DNA from: Candidatus Aminicenantes bacterium
Lineage (GTDB): Bacteria > Acidobacteriota > Aminicenantia > Aminicenantales > UBA8522
Assembly: GCA_963764885.1 (NCBI GenBank)
Contig: CAVXUH010000014.1
Span: forward strand, 27,319-91,318
Length of the DNA stretch: 64,000 nucleotides
Reading direction: 5' to 3'
Part shown: positions 59,393 through 64,000 of the stretch, piece by piece
Layout: each line of letters starts with the position of its first letter
Position numbering within the stretch: the stretch's first letter is position 1
Notes under the pieces: model-generated
What the model was told of the DNA's origin: nothing
Database searches by the model: none
The model's input: the letters and a program-made list of their open reading frames with translations, nothing else
Translations under genes and position numbers: made by a program

Positions 59393-60712
59393 TCAGCGGA
59401 CAAACTCCGCCATGTATTCATAATCCGGAGTGAACTCCCCGCGGTACAAAACAACGGCCTTCTTCAGGGGCGCTGGCAGCTCGAGCGCGGCGAACGCCTT
59501 GGAGAAATCGGCCGCGGCCAGGCCGGGAAGGAAGGGTCTCAAGACTTCGCTGAAGAAGACCGACGACTCGAGCGGGATCTCCGCGGGCAGGTTGTCGACG
59601 GCCAGGACAGCCGGGCCCCGGCCGCCGAAGCCGTCCCGGGCTTCATCGCTCTCCACGTCATAGGTAAAAACGGGGTCGCCGGGGCTCGAACAGCGGAGCG
59701 TGCATTCGATGCCGCCCTGGATATCGCAGGACAGGTCCCCGATCACCCGCAGGCGCGGCGCCGTGGGCCCCTTCCAGAGCTTCTTCAGGAACCTCTTGGT
59801 CACGAACCTGGGAAACCGGGGCGACCAGTAGATCGCGTTGACCAGGGCCGTCAGGTAAGGGACATATTTTTCCAGCACAGGTCGATAGCCCTCGGGCTGG
59901 TCCAAGTAATCTTTCAAGGAGAAGGAGCGGCCGCGGCCGACCGGCCTGACCATGTCCTCCTCGTGGAAGATGACCTTGTAGATCTTCCGGTCCGAATACT
60001 CCGGCTTCTTGAAAAGCCGGGAGAGCCGGGACGGAGGGACTTCCTCGAACGGAAGCAGGTCGAAGATCTCCTGCGCCCCCTGGGAGACGTGGCCGTAACC
60101 GGCGAAACCGAAGACGAGCGGCGCCAGCCCCTCCGGCAGTCCGAGCTCGTGGATCTTCCAGCCGACCCGCTCGATCTTCTCCCTGGCTTCGACCAGGCTG
60201 GCGTAACGGAGGGTTTGCCGGACAGATGATAAGGGCGTCTTCTTGCCCTCGTTGTCCAGGATCCTGCCCAGCGCCCAGAGAACATCGATCAGGCCGGCCT
60301 GACCGGCCTGGCGGCCGAAAAACACGAGTCGGCGGCCGTTCTCGTCGACGATGCGTTCGTAATCCAAAAGCGTCACCCGGCGCTCGATCATGCTCTTGAG
60401 CATGGGCATGTTCTGCGGCTGGCCTTTGATCGTGTGGGAAAAAAAGAGGTAGACGCGGCCGTCCAGGAAAAGATCGGCCGGGATCTCCTTGACGCCCAGG
60501 ATCACGGAGCAGGCCGAGAGGTCTTCGGACACCTGGGCCCCCTCGCGGCGATAGTCATCGTCGGTAAAGACGCGCCGGGGCGACGGCTGAACCCAGAGGT
60601 CGATCGGCAGGTCCCGGATGAGCTCGCGAACATGGGCGGGAATGAGGGGCGCCCGTCTTTCCCAGGCATTCTTGTCTTCCCGACGGATACCGATGACAGT
60701 TCTGCTGACCAT
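59393..60712 (-). CDS. AlaDH/PNT-domain protein of the lysine-ketoglutarate reductase (LKR / saccharopine dehydrogenase, L-lysine-forming) type
   Basis: 439 aa. N-terminal AlaDh_PNT_N (..IGIRREDKNAWERRAPLIP..), central NAD-binding domain, and C-terminal region matching the LOR/SDH bifunctional conserved domain. Immediately upstream of the SDH-like gene. Confidence 0.75.
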   Translation of the reverse strand: MVSRTVIGIRREDKNAWERRAPLIPAHVRELIRDLPIDLWVQPSPRRVFTDDDYRREGAQVSEDLSACSVILGVKEIPADLFLDGRVYLFFSHTIKGQPQNMPMLKSMIERRVTLLDYERIVDENGRRLVFFGRQAGQAGLIDVLWALGRILDNEGKKTPLSSVRQTLRYASLVEAREKIERVGWKIHELGLPEGLAPLVFGFAGYGHVSQGAQEIFDLLPFEEVPPSRLSRLFKKPEYSDRKIYKVIFHEEDMVRPVGRGRSFSLKDYLDQPEGYRPVLEKYVPYLTALVNAIYWSPRFPRFVTKRFLKKLWKGPTAPRLRVIGDLSCDIQGGIECTLRCSSPGDPVFTYDVESDEARDGFGGRGPAVLAVDNLPAEIPLESSVFFSEVLRPFLPGLAAADFSKAFAALELPAPLKKAVVLYRGEFTPDYEYMAEFVR

Positions 60713-61103
60713 GTTTTTGTTCCTTCAGGGAGGACAAAATTATGTCATAAACGGGCAGTCCGGTCAATTCTCCGGACGGGCGGGGAAAGCATCGCTTTTC
60801 ATGCGATCGTCGGGTTCGGGAATAGGGTCCTGTCACGGCGATGTCCGACCTTTTTCGCAGACGCTTACCGTATCCGAGTCCCCCATTGATTCCCAAGGGG
60901 GGAAGGGGGGATTAATACCTCGGATAAAAGTCTGGGACAGCGTCTGCGGAAGTCCGGAGAGGTGTCCCCGTCGCTGCGGGCGTTGCGGGACTGGCGCCGG
61001 GCCACCCTTCCCATGCCCCTGGGGTATCACCTAAAAAGGGATGCTTACAGCGACCTGAGAAGATTTGACTCCCCCGGCCGTTACTCCTATATTATTCGCG
61101 ACG

Positions 61104-62608
<1,505 letters not shown>

Positions 62609-62612
<4 letters not shown>

Positions 62613-62965
62613 GCCGGGCCCGCGAGCTCGGCGTCTCGGGCGAAGAAGCGGCCGCCCGCTTTCTCCAAAAGAAACGCTTCAAAATCGTCCGCCGCGGTTT
62701 CCGCTTCCACAGGGGGGAGATCGACATCATCGCCTACGACCGTGACACGCTGGTTTTTATCGAGGTCAAGACGCGCCAGAACCTCGAGTGCGGGCTGCCC
62801 GAAGAGGCCGTCACGCCGGCCAAGCAGGTCCAGATCCGGAAGGTCGCCGAAGCCTTCCTGGCGGTGAACCATCTCGAGAATGTCCCCTGCCGGTTCGACA
62901 TCCTGTCCCTGTTGCCCGACAGCGACGGGGGCTTCAGCGTCCGCCACATCCGCGATGCGTTCTGA
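62609..62965 (+). CDS. yraN: YraN-family (UPF0102) PD-(D/E)xK endonuclease-like protein
   Basis: 118 aa. ..GEIDIIAYD..LVFIEVKTR.. core. The start overlaps the cysS stop (ATGA). Confidence 0.85.
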
Positions 62966-62995
62966 TCATCGAGTCCGAGGCAAGGAGAGCTAGCG

Positions 62996-64000
62996 ATGAG
63001 GTTTTTCTTTCACAAGCCGACGGTCCTCGCGTGCGTGCTCGCTGTCTTGTGCTTGCCGGCGGCGGCCGCGTCCCAGCCCGTGCCCGCGCCCGAGGAATTC
63101 CTGGGGTTCAAGGTCGGGGCCGATTACCAGCTCGCTACCTACACTCAGGCGATCGCCTATTTCCGGAAGCTGGCCGAGAGCTCGGACAGGATCAAGCTGT
63201 TCGATATGGGAAAAACCACGATGGGGCAGGCCATGACCTATGCTGTCTTGTCGGCGCCGGAAAACCTGGCCCGGCTCGACCAGCTCAAGGACGCCGCCGC
63301 CCGGCTGTCGCGCGGCGAGGGTCTCCAGGCCGAGGAAGCCACCAAGCTCGCGGCCGAGGGCCGGGCCGTCGTCTACATCGACGGGGGTCTCCACGCCGAC
63401 GAGTGCGCGCCGGCCCAGCACAACATCCAGCTCGCCTACGACCTCGTTTCGGCCAAGGACCCGACCCTCTGCGCATCCTCAACGACGTCGTGCTCGTCCT
63501 CGTTTTCGCCAATCCGGACGGCATGAACATGCTGGCGGAATGGTACCGGCCCAACGTGGGGACGCCCTACGAGGTGTCCCCGATGCCCTGGCTCTACCAC
63601 AAGTACGCCGGCCACGACAACAACCGGGACTCCTACATCGCCAACCTCGTCGAGACCCGGAACCTGACCCGGCTCGTCCACCAGGAATGGCATCCGGTAG
63701 TCCTTTACAACCACCACCAAACGGCGCCCTTCCCCGCCCGGATCTGGATCCCGCCGAACGGCGAGCCGACCAACCCCAACGTCCACCCCCTCATCGTCCG
63801 CTGGCAGAACCTCATCGGCTCGGCCATGGGCGCCGCCTTCGACGCCGAGGGCAAGGAAGGCGCGATCTCGAGGATTGTCTTCGACACCTGGTACCCGGGC
63901 TATGTTTCCCAGGTCGTGGACTCCCACAACATCATCTCGATCATGACCGAGACTGCCCTCTACGAATTCGCCACGCCCCACTTCTACACCGTTCGCGATT
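62996..64000 (+). CDS. secreted M14-family zinc carboxypeptidase-like protein (partial at window end); frameshift near 63465-63480
   Basis: Signal peptide, then a zinc-binding HxxE (..GGLHADECAP..). After the shift it reads ..ILNDVVLVLVFANPDGMNMLAEWY...YHKYAGHDNNRDSY...HQEWHPVVLYNHHQTAPFPARIW.. The ORF runs off the 3' end of the window. Confidence 0.7.

Overview
High-GC (~65-70% by eye) bacterial chromosomal segment, densely coding. No rRNA, CRISPR array, transposase or integrase was seen. Gene content, in order: a small membrane protein and a DUF4097-like beta-repeat protein; an MBL/beta-CASP hydrolase followed by an HlyD-type adaptor and a TolC-like outer-membrane channel; a large GT-C-type membrane glycosyltransferase-like protein with a C-terminal discoidin (F5/8 type C) domain; a non-pyrrolysine MttB-superfamily methyltransferase with its corrinoid protein and a RamA-type [2Fe-2S]/ASKHA reductive activase, divergent from a SAM methyltransferase, an acyl-CoA synthetase and an aldo/keto reductase; an RRM RNA-binding protein with a strong extended -10 promoter; an ACT-domain protein and a GNAT; two paralogous large secreted glycoside-hydrolase-like proteins flanking a transglutaminase-like protein and a DDAH-family amidinotransferase; a Crp/Fnr regulator next to a 4Fe-4S protein whose promoter carries a perfectly spaced FNR-type box; a multiply disrupted APC permease; parA-parB; a ~1.08-kb gene-free GC-rich gap; rho; the conserved lon-clpX-clpP-tig-tRNA-Leu(UAG) block; a secreted trypsin-like protease fused to a TPR array; a GT87/DUF2029 glycosyltransferase, DUF2085, a membrane protein and a DAGK-family lipid kinase; a lytic transglycosylase, alaS, pilT, ilvE, a small Ser/Thr kinase, rsmE; dnaJ, a lid-less dnaK, grpE and hrcA; a MEMO1-like protein; split saccharopine-pathway genes (LKR-like and SDH-like); cysS, yraN and an M14 peptidase. 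A major caveat: at least 18 genes, including essential single-copy ones (rho, clpP, cysS, grpE, parAB, rsmE), are interrupted by single-base frameshifts, several at homopolymer runs. This points to assembly indel errors (draft or MAG-quality sequence) rather than pseudogenisation. Because of this, coordinates derived by hand-counting may be off by 1-2 nt. The items most worth a second look are the MttB/corrinoid/RamA island, the gene-free parB-rho gap that has a hairpin + T7 terminator-like element, the 20-bp perfect palindrome upstream of parA, an identical AT-rich 18-mer present twice 5.8 kb apart, a 35-bp inverted repeat inside a coding region, and a DnaK with no alpha-helical lid.
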